Below, in pieces: positions 15,846-24,253 of a DNA stretch of 28,948 nucleotides. The notes beneath the pieces are model-generated. The model searched no databases and was not told where the DNA came from. It was given only the letters and a program-made list of their open reading frames with translations. Position 1 is the stretch's first letter; each line of letters begins with the position of its first letter. The position numbers were made by a program, and so were the translations under genes. The stretch comes from Patescibacteria group bacterium (GTDB lineage: Bacteria; Patescibacteriota; Minisyncoccia; UBA6257; HR35): contig JAMCWY010000012.1 of assembly GCA_023480925.1 (NCBI GenBank), positions 1 through 28,948 of the forward strand, in the 5' to 3' direction.

Positions 15846-17138
15846 CTAAAATTCAGCCAGGGGTATTTCCGGCGGCGGCGGGATTTTTTTAACCATTTCG
15901 CGCTCCAAACCCGGCGGCGGCACAACTTTAAGCGGGACATGATAAAGCGAAGCAAGTTCTTCGCTGTTTAGAAGGAAAAGCGAATCAGGCCGGAATTCAC
16001 CCTTGAGATAAAAGTAAAGATATTTTCTCCGAAAAAATAATTTTTCGTTGTAATGAAAATTCGGATAGCTTACAGTTGTAATCATATTTTGATCCGGGAT
16101 CAGAATATTAAAGCCCTCGAAAATTTTCAAAAAACCGAAAATCAAAGCCCGATTTTTGGACAAGTTCGTATCAAAAACGTCGCTCTTGCCGATATAAGCG
16201 GCGCGCAAGCCGGAATAAAAACCGGGTTTGGAAATTTTATTCTCGACGCCAGCAACTTTTTCCTTTTCGGCCGGCGTCAAGTGTTGCATCAACGTCGGCC
16301 ACTGTCTTTCCTTCTCGTCCTTTTGACCAACCTTCCACTCGATTTGAGTAAACGGCGCTAAAAATAAATTTTTCATAAATTCAACGATATAGGCGAACGG
16401 TCCCGGCTCTTCATCTTCTTTCCGACCAATTAATTTGTCTACCACTTTTTTGCCCTCGTCTTTCCACTTGCCGCCGAACAGTTCATCATTACCCGAAACC
16501 GGCATGGCGAAAATTTGAAAAATCAGCCATTCTTTTTCCGAAATGTGATTGCTCCCCTCGGAGATAACACTGATCGGATCAATTTGTTGTTCTTCGGGCA
16601 ATTTTTCCCAAACATCATAAGTGCGTAAGGGATAAACTTGACTGTTATTAACCGGATGACCAAATTTAAAATCGCTTCCCCAGATATCGTAAGTTGGATT
16701 TGGCACTTCGGGCGGCAGGTCAACCAGCGGCTCCTCGACCTCGTTTATAATCGCGTCGGGATATTGAGAATAAATCCGGCTCATAACAAAATCTTTTAAG
16801 ACTTCCGGGCAACGAATGTAAAATTTTAGACGATGATCGTGAAGAACGAGCATAAAAATGTAATAGGGTGGAATAAAACCGTCGATAAAACGGCGATACC
16901 AGTTGCCGGGCCGATAGACGCCTGAGAGCGAACTGAAAACCTCTTCCATCGCCCGGGCGGTCTTAGTTACGCCGGCCGGAATTTTAACTTCAAGATGAAC
17001 TTGTTTGACGCTGCCAAGATAATTAAAACGAACGGTCAGGAAATGTTTGTCCCGAACAATATAATAAGTCACTAATGGCAAAAACAGCCACCAAGAGGAA
17101 AAGAAAAATCCGAAGATGTAATTTAAGTAATCAAGCAT
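15846..17138 (-). CDS. Hypothetical N-terminally membrane-anchored protein (430 aa), partner of the ATPase
   Basis: Hydrophobic N-terminus YIFGFFFSSWWLFLPLVTYYIV, a large soluble body and a proline-rich C-terminus (VVPPPGLE, KKIPPPPEIPLAEF). It lies 40 nt upstream of the ATPase. I recognise no family. Confidence 0.6.
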   Translation of the reverse strand: MLDYLNYIFGFFFSSWWLFLPLVTYYIVRDKHFLTVRFNYLGSVKQVHLEVKIPAGVTKTARAMEEVFSSLSGVYRPGNWYRRFIDGFIPPYYIFMLVLHDHRLKFYIRCPEVLKDFVMSRIYSQYPDAIINEVEEPLVDLPPEVPNPTYDIWGSDFKFGHPVNNSQVYPLRTYDVWEKLPEEQQIDPISVISEGSNHISEKEWLIFQIFAMPVSGNDELFGGKWKDEGKKVVDKLIGRKEDEEPGPFAYIVEFMKNLFLAPFTQIEWKVGQKDEKERQWPTLMQHLTPAEKEKVAGVENKISKPGFYSGLRAAYIGKSDVFDTNLSKNRALIFGFLKIFEGFNILIPDQNMITTVSYPNFHYNEKLFFRRKYLYFYLKGEFRPDSLFLLNSEELASLYHVPLKVVPPPGLEREMVKKIPPPPEIPLAEF

Positions 17139-17161
17139 TCTTCGCCTTAGTCTGGCTAAAT

Positions 17162-18232
17162 CTAAACTCGTTCAACTTCATTGCCGTTTAATTTAAATAA
17201 ATCCCGACGGCGAATGTAAATTTCAAAAGTTGTCCGCGAAATCATTTTTGCCTTTTGAACTTCGCACCAAAGTTTTTCTTTTTCAATCCGCCGCGCCCGG
17301 CTAACCAGTTCTTTAAGCAACTCGATCGTTTCGCCGTTGTAATAGCCCCATCTTTTAAGCGCGTATATGCCTCGTCCGGCCAAGACAACTTCGGGGTCAA
17401 GAATCATCTGATTATGGATCGACTCGACGCTGTAGTCTTTCCGCCAATGGTCGCTCAAAAAATCGTCTTTGAAATCAAGAAATTGATTAAGTTTGTGATG
17501 AATCGTTTTAAAATGAAGCGGCTGGCCCTCCATTTCAAAAATCAGCCTGATTTTTTCTTTCAGCGATGGCGGTGAAATTAAAATATGGTTGCTCAAACCA
17601 AATTGGCTGTAAGGATTTTTGCCCAAAACTTTAATGATTCGGATAAAACCAAAAATTTCCGATTCAGGCGGATTAACGTTTAGATGCTTTTTAATCTCGA
17701 CTAAAACGAAATTATAAATTTTTGACTCAGACCAAACCTGGGTTGGCTCTTCTAAAAATTTGAACAAAAGTCTTTTAAGAATGTGCCGGGCCAAATTAAG
17801 ATTTTTTTCGGTCTGGCTAAAATAAGCGTGGAAATTATCGTCCTCCGGATAAATTTGAAACTGACGCGCTTGCCGCAGAAAAAATCGCGACGCCCTTAAA
17901 TTATTTTCCTGATTAAACTGATAATATTCTTTTAATTTTTGGAGCAACGACGCCTCGCGTCTTAAAGCCAACGGCCCGAGTTGTTTCGCCGCGGTTCGAT
18001 TAAGTTGATTAACGACTGGATTTTTTTGAATCGCAGCCGAAATCGAATTCAGCGATCTCGCCTGAATTTGTCTGATTCGCTCTCGAGTCAAATTGTAATC
18101 GTCGGCGATATCTTGAAGCGACTCGGCCGGTTCGACCAAACCATAACGTCTTCGAATAATATCGCCTTCACGTTCGCTTAACCCGCTTAAAACTTCGTCA
18201 ACGGTTTTACTTAAATTTAAAGTTTCCGCCAT
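17162..18232 (-). CDS. Sigma-70 region-4 HTH protein with long unknown body and HARE-HTH-like C-terminal region
   Basis: N-terminus LSEREGDIIRRRYGL...SLQDIADDYNLTRERIRQIQARSL matches sigma region 4. C-terminus PLHFKTIHHKL...VLAGRGIYALKRWGY resembles the HARE-HTH of the RNAP delta subunit. Confidence 0.65.
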   Translation of the reverse strand: MAETLNLSKTVDEVLSGLSEREGDIIRRRYGLVEPAESLQDIADDYNLTRERIRQIQARSLNSISAAIQKNPVVNQLNRTAAKQLGPLALRREASLLQKLKEYYQFNQENNLRASRFFLRQARQFQIYPEDDNFHAYFSQTEKNLNLARHILKRLLFKFLEEPTQVWSESKIYNFVLVEIKKHLNVNPPESEIFGFIRIIKVLGKNPYSQFGLSNHILISPPSLKEKIRLIFEMEGQPLHFKTIHHKLNQFLDFKDDFLSDHWRKDYSVESIHNQMILDPEVVLAGRGIYALKRWGYYNGETIELLKELVSRARRIEKEKLWCEVQKAKMISRTTFEIYIRRRDLFKLNGNEVERV

Positions 18233-18306
18233 TATTTCTACCGGTTCAATTAAAAACTAAGTATTTTTTGCCTTAACCTTCTCCGATTTTTTTCTTATTT
18301 GTTTTT

Positions 18307-18339
18307 ATTATACCATATAACAATATTTATTAAAGTCAA
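18307..18339 (-). promoter_or_regulatory. Candidate promoter of the long minus-strand operon (extended -10 TGGTATAAT; TTGACT further upstream)
   Basis: Minus strand reads ttgact-21 nt-tataat with TG at the extended -10 position, about 75 nt upstream of ATG 18232. The -35 spacing is non-ideal. Confidence 0.35.
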
Positions 18340-18340
18340 A

Positions 18341-19321
18341 TTAGCTCAAACCGGTCCGCTCGAAAACCAATTTCAATGTTTTGGCCGCTTCCTTATTGGC
18401 AATCTTGGCGCTGGCTTTAAGAATTTTATTGATTTTAACTTTATTCAAACTCTCTTTTCTCTGCCGAGCTTTTTTAAAAAAACCCAAAAACTCTCGGGTT
18501 AAAGCTTTTTTTAAATCGCCATAACCTCGATTTCTAAACTCATCTTCGATTTCGGCGAAGGTTTTCTGGGTTAAGGCCTTGTAAATTATCATCAAGTTGC
18601 TAATGGCGGGTTTTTTATCCGGTTCGTATAAAATCTCACTGCCCGAATCCGTTACCGCGCGTTTGATTTTCTCCTCAATTTTTTTCTCCGATTCGAAAAT
18701 AAACAAAGCCCCGGCCAGCTTTGACTTAGCCATCTTTTTCAAAGGCTCGTCTAAACTTTTAATCTGGCCGTTTTCTTTCGGCGCGTACGTGTTGGGGATT
18801 CTAAAAGTTTGACCAAAATAATGATTAAACCGTTGAGCCAAAGTTCGGGCCATTTCAAGATGTTGAGATTGATCTTTGCCAATTGGAATTAAATCCGGCT
18901 GGTAAATTAAAATATCGGCGGCCATCAAAACCGGGTACATCAAAAGACCGGCGCTAGTAAATCGATCCTTAAACCGTTCGCGCATTTCTTTGTACTGCGT
19001 CATTCGCTCTAAATCCCCAACCGAGGCAAGACAACCAAGAATCCAATAAAGAGAAAGATGAGCGGGCACGGCTGACTGTCTAAAAATTAAAACTTTTTTT
19101 GGATCAACACCCAAGGCGATAAACTCTGCCGCCAAATTATAAACATTTTCCTCCAAATTCCGCGGCTGATACGGAAAAGGATAAGTTTGGCTGTGAAGAT
19201 CGGCGATCATCAAAAAAACTTTATATTTTTTTTGAAGTTCCAAAAGTTCGGGAATAAAAGCGAGGTAATGACCAATATGAAGACTGCCGGTTGGCCTAAC
19301 GCCAGTTAAAATTTTTTTCAT
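18341..19321 (-). CDS. trpS: Tryptophanyl-tRNA synthetase
   Basis: TGSLHIGHY (HIGH), KMAKS (KMSKS), GKDQSQHLE. 326 aa. Confidence 0.93.
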   Translation of the reverse strand: MKKILTGVRPTGSLHIGHYLAFIPELLELQKKYKVFLMIADLHSQTYPFPYQPRNLEENVYNLAAEFIALGVDPKKVLIFRQSAVPAHLSLYWILGCLASVGDLERMTQYKEMRERFKDRFTSAGLLMYPVLMAADILIYQPDLIPIGKDQSQHLEMARTLAQRFNHYFGQTFRIPNTYAPKENGQIKSLDEPLKKMAKSKLAGALFIFESEKKIEEKIKRAVTDSGSEILYEPDKKPAISNLMIIYKALTQKTFAEIEDEFRNRGYGDLKKALTREFLGFFKKARQRKESLNKVKINKILKASAKIANKEAAKTLKLVFERTGLS

Positions 19322-19420
19322 CGCATCGAATTTAATCCTAATTTAATAACAAAATTATACAACATTAATAAATAACCATATAATATAATTAGAAAAATTT
19401 AGAGACAAAATAAAATTAAA

Positions 19421-21109
19421 TTGGAACAAATGAATAAAACCGAATTAAAAAAAAAATTGGAAAAGCTGGCTGACCGAGTTTTGGCTGACGATTTCGAGAT
19501 AATCAAGGCCCGGCTGGCGCTTAATTTAAGCGACAAACTCGAGCATGGCGACTACTCGACCAACCTTCTTTTTCTCGTCAGCCAACTAAAAAAAATTTCT
19601 CTTGGCCAAGCGTTTGACTTATTCCAAAATAAAATTTTAAGCTGGCTTGAGGTCGAAAAAATCGAACTCGTGAACGGTTATCTTAATATTTTTTTGAACC
19701 AAAAAGTTCTTTGGCAAGATTATAAGATTGGCTTAAAAAAAATTTTGGCTGGTTCAAAAAATAAAATCGGCCGGGGTAGAAAAGTTTTGGTTGAATACGT
19801 CTCGGCCAATCCAACCGGTCCTCTGACTTTGGCTAATAGCCGCGGCGCCGTCATCGGCGACTGTCTCGCCAAAATTTTAAAACTGACCGGTTTTAAGGTC
19901 GAACGCGAGTATTACGTCAACGATCGAGGCAATCAAATAAAAATTCTCGGCCAAACTTGCCTAGCTCAACTTGGCTTAATTCCTTTCGCGGAAAATTTCT
20001 ATCAAGGCGAATACGTCAAAACAATCGCCCGAGAGAACAAAAACAAAATTTTAAAACTGAAGGAACCGGAAAAAATTGGCCGGTTCGCCGCCAATATAAT
20101 TTTGAAAGATTTGATCAAAAAACCGCTGAAGAAATTTGACGTTCAATTTGACAATTATTTTTTTGAATCAAATCTTTACCGTGGCCAACCTAAAGAAAAA
20201 ATTTTAAAGTTGCTCGAGAAAAAAAATTTGGTCGAAAAAAAAGACGGCGCTCTTTGGTTAAAACTAAGCCAGACGGGCGAAAGTAAAAATGAAGTTCTAA
20301 TCAAAAGTAACGGCGAAGAAACTTACTTCCTTTCCGATCTTTTGTACCATTACAATAAGTTAGTCGAACGAAAAAATAAATTGGCCATTAACATCGTCGG
20401 TGCCGATCATCTTGACCACACGCGGAGATTAAAAAAGGCGATGGATTTGATTCTTGGTTCAAAAGGCGAAATCAATTTTATTATTTACCAGTTCGTCCAT
20501 CTAATCAAAGATCAAGAATTAATTCGGATGTCAAAAAGAAAAGGCGTCTATATTTCTCTGGCGGATCTGATTGAAGCGGTTGGTCCGGATCCGATCCGGT
20601 TTATCTTTCTTCGTTCAAGCCCGGACAACCAAGTCGAGCTTGATCTTGAATTAATTAAAAAAGAATCTCTAGACAACCCTATCTGGTACATTCATTACAC
20701 TTATGCCCGGATCAACGGCATTCTCAAAAAAGCCAAAGCGGCCAGAATCAAACCGACGACCAACGCCCTTGTCTCTTTTAACCAACTATTCAACCAGCCG
20801 GATTACCAAATTCTCTGGCGCAAGATGCACCAACTCCCCGACCTGATCGAAGATATCGCTTTCGATTTTCGCGTTAATCTCCTGACGACATGGATTTTGG
20901 ATTTAAGTAAACTGATCAATCAATTTTATGAACGGGAAAAAATTTTAAGCCCGGACAAAAAAGAAACGGCCAATAAAATTCTTTTCCTAATTTTTCTGAA
21001 AACCAGCCTTGATTTTAGTTTTGACCTTCTTGGCTTTACGCCGAAAAATAAACTTAACCGCCTCGATCGCGACCAAGGCAATAAGGAAACCCAAAACCCA
21101 ACCGGTTAA
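19421..21109 (+). CDS. argS: Arginyl-tRNA synthetase (likely start ATG 19430)
   Basis: SANPTGPLTLANSRG, GADHLDH, MSKRKG and a DALR-type C-terminal domain ending LLGFTPKNKL, plus a 17-aa extension. Confidence 0.92.
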   Translation: MEQMNKTELKKKLEKLADRVLADDFEIIKARLALNLSDKLEHGDYSTNLLFLVSQLKKISLGQAFDLFQNKILSWLEVEKIELVNGYLNIFLNQKVLWQDYKIGLKKILAGSKNKIGRGRKVLVEYVSANPTGPLTLANSRGAVIGDCLAKILKLTGFKVEREYYVNDRGNQIKILGQTCLAQLGLIPFAENFYQGEYVKTIARENKNKILKLKEPEKIGRFAANIILKDLIKKPLKKFDVQFDNYFFESNLYRGQPKEKILKLLEKKNLVEKKDGALWLKLSQTGESKNEVLIKSNGEETYFLSDLLYHYNKLVERKNKLAINIVGADHLDHTRRLKKAMDLILGSKGEINFIIYQFVHLIKDQELIRMSKRKGVYISLADLIEAVGPDPIRFIFLRSSPDNQVELDLELIKKESLDNPIWYIHYTYARINGILKKAKAARIKPTTNALVSFNQLFNQPDYQILWRKMHQLPDLIEDIAFDFRVNLLTTWILDLSKLINQFYEREKILSPDKKETANKILFLIFLKTSLDFSFDLLGFTPKNKLNRLDRDQGNKETQNPTG

Positions 21110-21535
21110 AACATCAAAAGGCCAGTGACGCAAGGATAAAATTCTCAAAAGGCCGACTAAAATTGAATCAAAAATCAAGGCCAGGCCGAAATCAAAGTAA
21201 TTGTAAAAAACGACAAAAGCAAGCGTCGTGATAAAAAGGGTGTGACGCGAAGGAAAACTGTCAAAACTTTGGAATTGAGGGTAATAGTAGCTAATCGGTC
21301 TCAGCTCGGGAAAACTTTTGATCAACCATTCGGAAATTAAAAGAGCCAAAAGCAAGCCCAAACAAACTTCGAAAAAAATATACCAGTCAAAATGATTTTT
21401 TTTCAGACCGTCATAAAACCAAAGAATAAAAAAAAGCGTTAGCGGCGCCGCGACCAAAATTGTACTCAAGTAATCAAAAGCAAAAAGAAAAAATTCGTGA
21501 CCGTGAAAAACCTGAAAAATTATTCGACTGATCAT
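20987..21535 (-). CDS. PAP2-family lipid phosphatase (undecaprenyl-diphosphatase-like)
   Basis: KSFPELRP, FPSRHT and SLRHWPFDVLTG give the three PAP2 motifs, with multiple TM helices. Confidence 0.8.
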   Translation of the reverse strand: MISRIIFQVFHGHEFFLFAFDYLSTILVAAPLTLFFILWFYDGLKKNHFDWYIFFEVCLGLLLALLISEWLIKSFPELRPISYYYPQFQSFDSFPSRHTLFITTLAFVVFYNYFDFGLALIFDSILVGLLRILSLRHWPFDVLTGWVLGFLIALVAIEAVKFIFRRKAKKVKTKIKAGFQKN

Positions 21536-21667
21536 AAATTAATCACTAATCATAAAAATTAATTGATTATAGCACAGGTGATTATAATTAAGATGATCAA
21601 TTTTATTCTTGGCGAAAAAATTTTTGATTTTGCTCGAATGGGTTTAAATTTCGTTTAAAATCTTAAA

Positions 21668-23110
21668 ATGTCTAAATTAAGCGACCTAATTTTAAAAAAC
21701 ATCTCAACCAAACAAACTTTGGTTAAGAATAGTTTTTGGCTGGTTTCGGGAAAATTCCTCGCCGGCCTTTTTCGCGCTTTAATCGTGATCGTTTCAGCCA
21801 GACTTTTGGGCGCTTCCGCCTACGGCTCTTTTTCTTTGGCGATGAGTTTTGTTTTAATATTTTCCTTCTTGCCTGAATTCGGTTTAAGCACGATCTTGAC
21901 GCGCGAACTGGCCAAAAAGAAAAACGATTACGAAACATTTTCTCTTATCTCAACCATTACGCTTGGCTTTAGTTTTATCTCCTATCTGATTATTTTTTTG
22001 GCCGATCGGTTTTTTATTAAAGATCCGGTCGCTCTTTCAATCGTGCCCTTGCTCGGCTTGATGATGATCGTTGACGTCCTGCGCGAATACGGCTATGGCG
22101 TCTTCCAAGCCCAAGAGCGAATGGAAATCCAAGGCGGCCTTCACCTTCTGACAAACTTTTTAATTTTCGGACTTGGTCTTATCGCCCTTCGCCAAATTCG
22201 ATCGCCCCTTTCGCTTTCGATCGCTTACTTTGTTTCCGTCTCGATCGGCTTCGGCCTCGGCCTGTTTTTTCTTAAAGCCTTTCTTAAAAACTATCGGCCC
22301 AGATTCAATCTCGAAAAAACAAAACAAATTTTTATGTCCGCCCTGCCAATCGCCCTGTCCAACTTTCTTCTCTTGCTTTTAATTTTTATCGACTCGATTA
22401 TTCTCGGCTGGTTTCACTCACCCCGCTTAGTCGGTCTCTACACCTCGTCGGTCAAAATCAGCCAGTTTTTAATCCTCTTTCCCCAAAGCATCGCCTTGGC
22501 CGTTTTCCCGATGATGTCAAAATTTATTCACGAGAAAGAAAAACTGAAAGAAACGACCGAGTTGGGCTTAAAACTTTCAATCATTCTGATGCTGCCCTTG
22601 ACTTTCGGCATTTTTATCTTAGCGAGTAAAATTATTCTTCTTATTTTTGGACCGGCTTACTTCGCCTCAATCCCAGCCTTACGCATAATTATCTTTTCTC
22701 TCCTCGGCACCTTTCCTTTTCTCCTTCTCTCAAATCTTTTGATCGCCCTGGATAAGCGAAAAGAACTGTTGATTTTCGACCTGATCTTGGTTGTGATCAA
22801 TGTCGGCCTCAATCTGCTTCTAATTCCAAAATTCGACCTCCTCGCCGCCAGCTACAACACGACCCTGGCCAATCTCCTCGGCTTTGTTTTCGCTCACGCT
22901 GTCAGTCAGCGTTACGTCAACTTCGACTTTTGGCCATTTCTGCCAAAACCGCTGCTGGCCACGGCCGGAATGAGTTTGTTCCTCATTAGTTTAAAAAGTT
23001 TTTCTCTTCTCATTCTCCTGCCCGGCGCCGTTATCGTCTATCTTCTTGGCCTTTATTTAATTAAAGAAGAAATTACGGTTAAAATAATTCAAGGCTTAAA
23101 AAGACAATGA
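21668..23110 (+). CDS. MOP-superfamily polysaccharide/oligosaccharide flippase (Wzx/MurJ-like)
   Basis: 480 aa with about 12-14 TM helices. The N-terminus KNSFWLVSGKFLAGLFRALIVIVSARLLG is typical of the Polysacc_synt family. Confidence 0.8.
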   Translation: MSKLSDLILKNISTKQTLVKNSFWLVSGKFLAGLFRALIVIVSARLLGASAYGSFSLAMSFVLIFSFLPEFGLSTILTRELAKKKNDYETFSLISTITLGFSFISYLIIFLADRFFIKDPVALSIVPLLGLMMIVDVLREYGYGVFQAQERMEIQGGLHLLTNFLIFGLGLIALRQIRSPLSLSIAYFVSVSIGFGLGLFFLKAFLKNYRPRFNLEKTKQIFMSALPIALSNFLLLLLIFIDSIILGWFHSPRLVGLYTSSVKISQFLILFPQSIALAVFPMMSKFIHEKEKLKETTELGLKLSIILMLPLTFGIFILASKIILLIFGPAYFASIPALRIIIFSLLGTFPFLLLSNLLIALDKRKELLIFDLILVVINVGLNLLLIPKFDLLAASYNTTLANLLGFVFAHAVSQRYVNFDFWPFLPKPLLATAGMSLFLISLKSFSLLILLPGAVIVYLLGLYLIKEEITVKIIQGLKRQ

Positions 23111-24249
23111 AAATTTTAATCGTTTCGGAATCTTTTCCGCCCCACATCTCCGGCGTCTCCGTTTTTGTTTCTCAGTTAACCAATCATCTGATCAAAAATA
23201 AAAATCAGGTTATCGTGTTCACCAACAGCAGCGGCTTTAAATTTAGAGAAGAAGAAAAAGAAAACGGTCGACTAAAAATTTTTTCCTTTCCCTCTTTTCC
23301 TAACCCCTTCCGGACCAAACTCCGAATCGCCCTGCCATCGCGAAAAATTTGTTCAATCATTAAAACCGAACGACCGGATCTAATTCACATTCAAGATCCC
23401 GGTTTTCGTTCCCGCCAAGTCATTTTTGAAGCGAAAAAACTTCACTTGCCCATCATCGTCACCCACCACTTCACCCTGGCGATGATTGAAAGTTATCTGC
23501 CGAAATTTTTGAAAAATACCGGTCGGAAGAAAACAATTAACTACTTAAAAAAATTTTACGCTCAAGTTAACTTAATCACCTGCCCGAGCGATTTTGTCAA
23601 AAACGAACTTAGTTCAATGGGAATCGAGAAAAAAATCTTGGTTGTCTCAAACGGCGTTGACTTGGAACAATTCAAGGTCGGCCGAACGGTCAAAAAAGAA
23701 ACACCGCTCATTCTTCACGTTGGCCGAGTCGATCCGGAAAAAAATATTTCCGTTTTAATCAAAGCGGCCGAGTTGATCTTAGCCAAAGTTAAAGCGACAT
23801 TTATTTTCGTCGGCGACGGCAAACTTTTAAAACGTTATCGTCGGTACGTTAAAAACAAAAAATTGTCGGGCGCGATTAAATTTATCGGAAGCGTACCGCC
23901 CCAAAGCCAAAAATTAATCGATCTTTACCATCAAGCTTGGTTTTTTTGGATCGCCTCAAAAGCGGAGAGTCAAGGCATCGTTGTCCTTGAAGCGCTCGCG
24001 ACAGGCCTGCCCGTGATCGGAATTAAAAGCGGCGGCTTGGCGGAAATATTCAAAGACAATCAGGCTGGTTTTCTTCTTGAAAACGATCAGAATAAAAATT
24101 TTGCCGATAAGGCCTTGTCTCTTATTGACCAACCTCAACTTCGCCAGAAATTTTCGGAAGAAGCATTAGTTGAAGCAAAAAAATATTCGATTGAAAAAAC
24201 CTTAGCCGAATACGACGGCATCTATCGCCAACTGGTTAAATCTAAATAA
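23107..24249 (+). CDS. Glycosyltransferase, GT4 (GT-B fold)
   Basis: N-terminal ILIVSESFPPHISGV. C-terminal ESQGIVVLEALATGLPVI carries the EX7E motif. ATGA overlap with the flippase gene. Confidence 0.88.
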   Translation: MKILIVSESFPPHISGVSVFVSQLTNHLIKNKNQVIVFTNSSGFKFREEEKENGRLKIFSFPSFPNPFRTKLRIALPSRKICSIIKTERPDLIHIQDPGFRSRQVIFEAKKLHLPIIVTHHFTLAMIESYLPKFLKNTGRKKTINYLKKFYAQVNLITCPSDFVKNELSSMGIEKKILVVSNGVDLEQFKVGRTVKKETPLILHVGRVDPEKNISVLIKAAELILAKVKATFIFVGDGKLLKRYRRYVKNKKLSGAIKFIGSVPPQSQKLIDLYHQAWFFWIASKAESQGIVVLEALATGLPVIGIKSGGLAEIFKDNQAGFLLENDQNKNFADKALSLIDQPQLRQKFSEEALVEAKKYSIEKTLAEYDGIYRQLVKSK

Positions 24250-24253
24250 AATT

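Noticed and set aside
19322-19420. T-box leader or attenuator between trpS and argS
   Set aside because: Only 99 nt are shared by two divergent genes. The segment is AT-rich, with no specifier or antiterminator-like stems and no T-box sequence.
21536-21667. Operator-like short inverted repeats (taatcac/gtgatta, aattgatcatcttaatt) upstream of the flippase gene
   Set aside because: They are short, AT-rich palindromes expected by chance in this composition, and there is no adjacent regulator gene. This is not enough to call a site.
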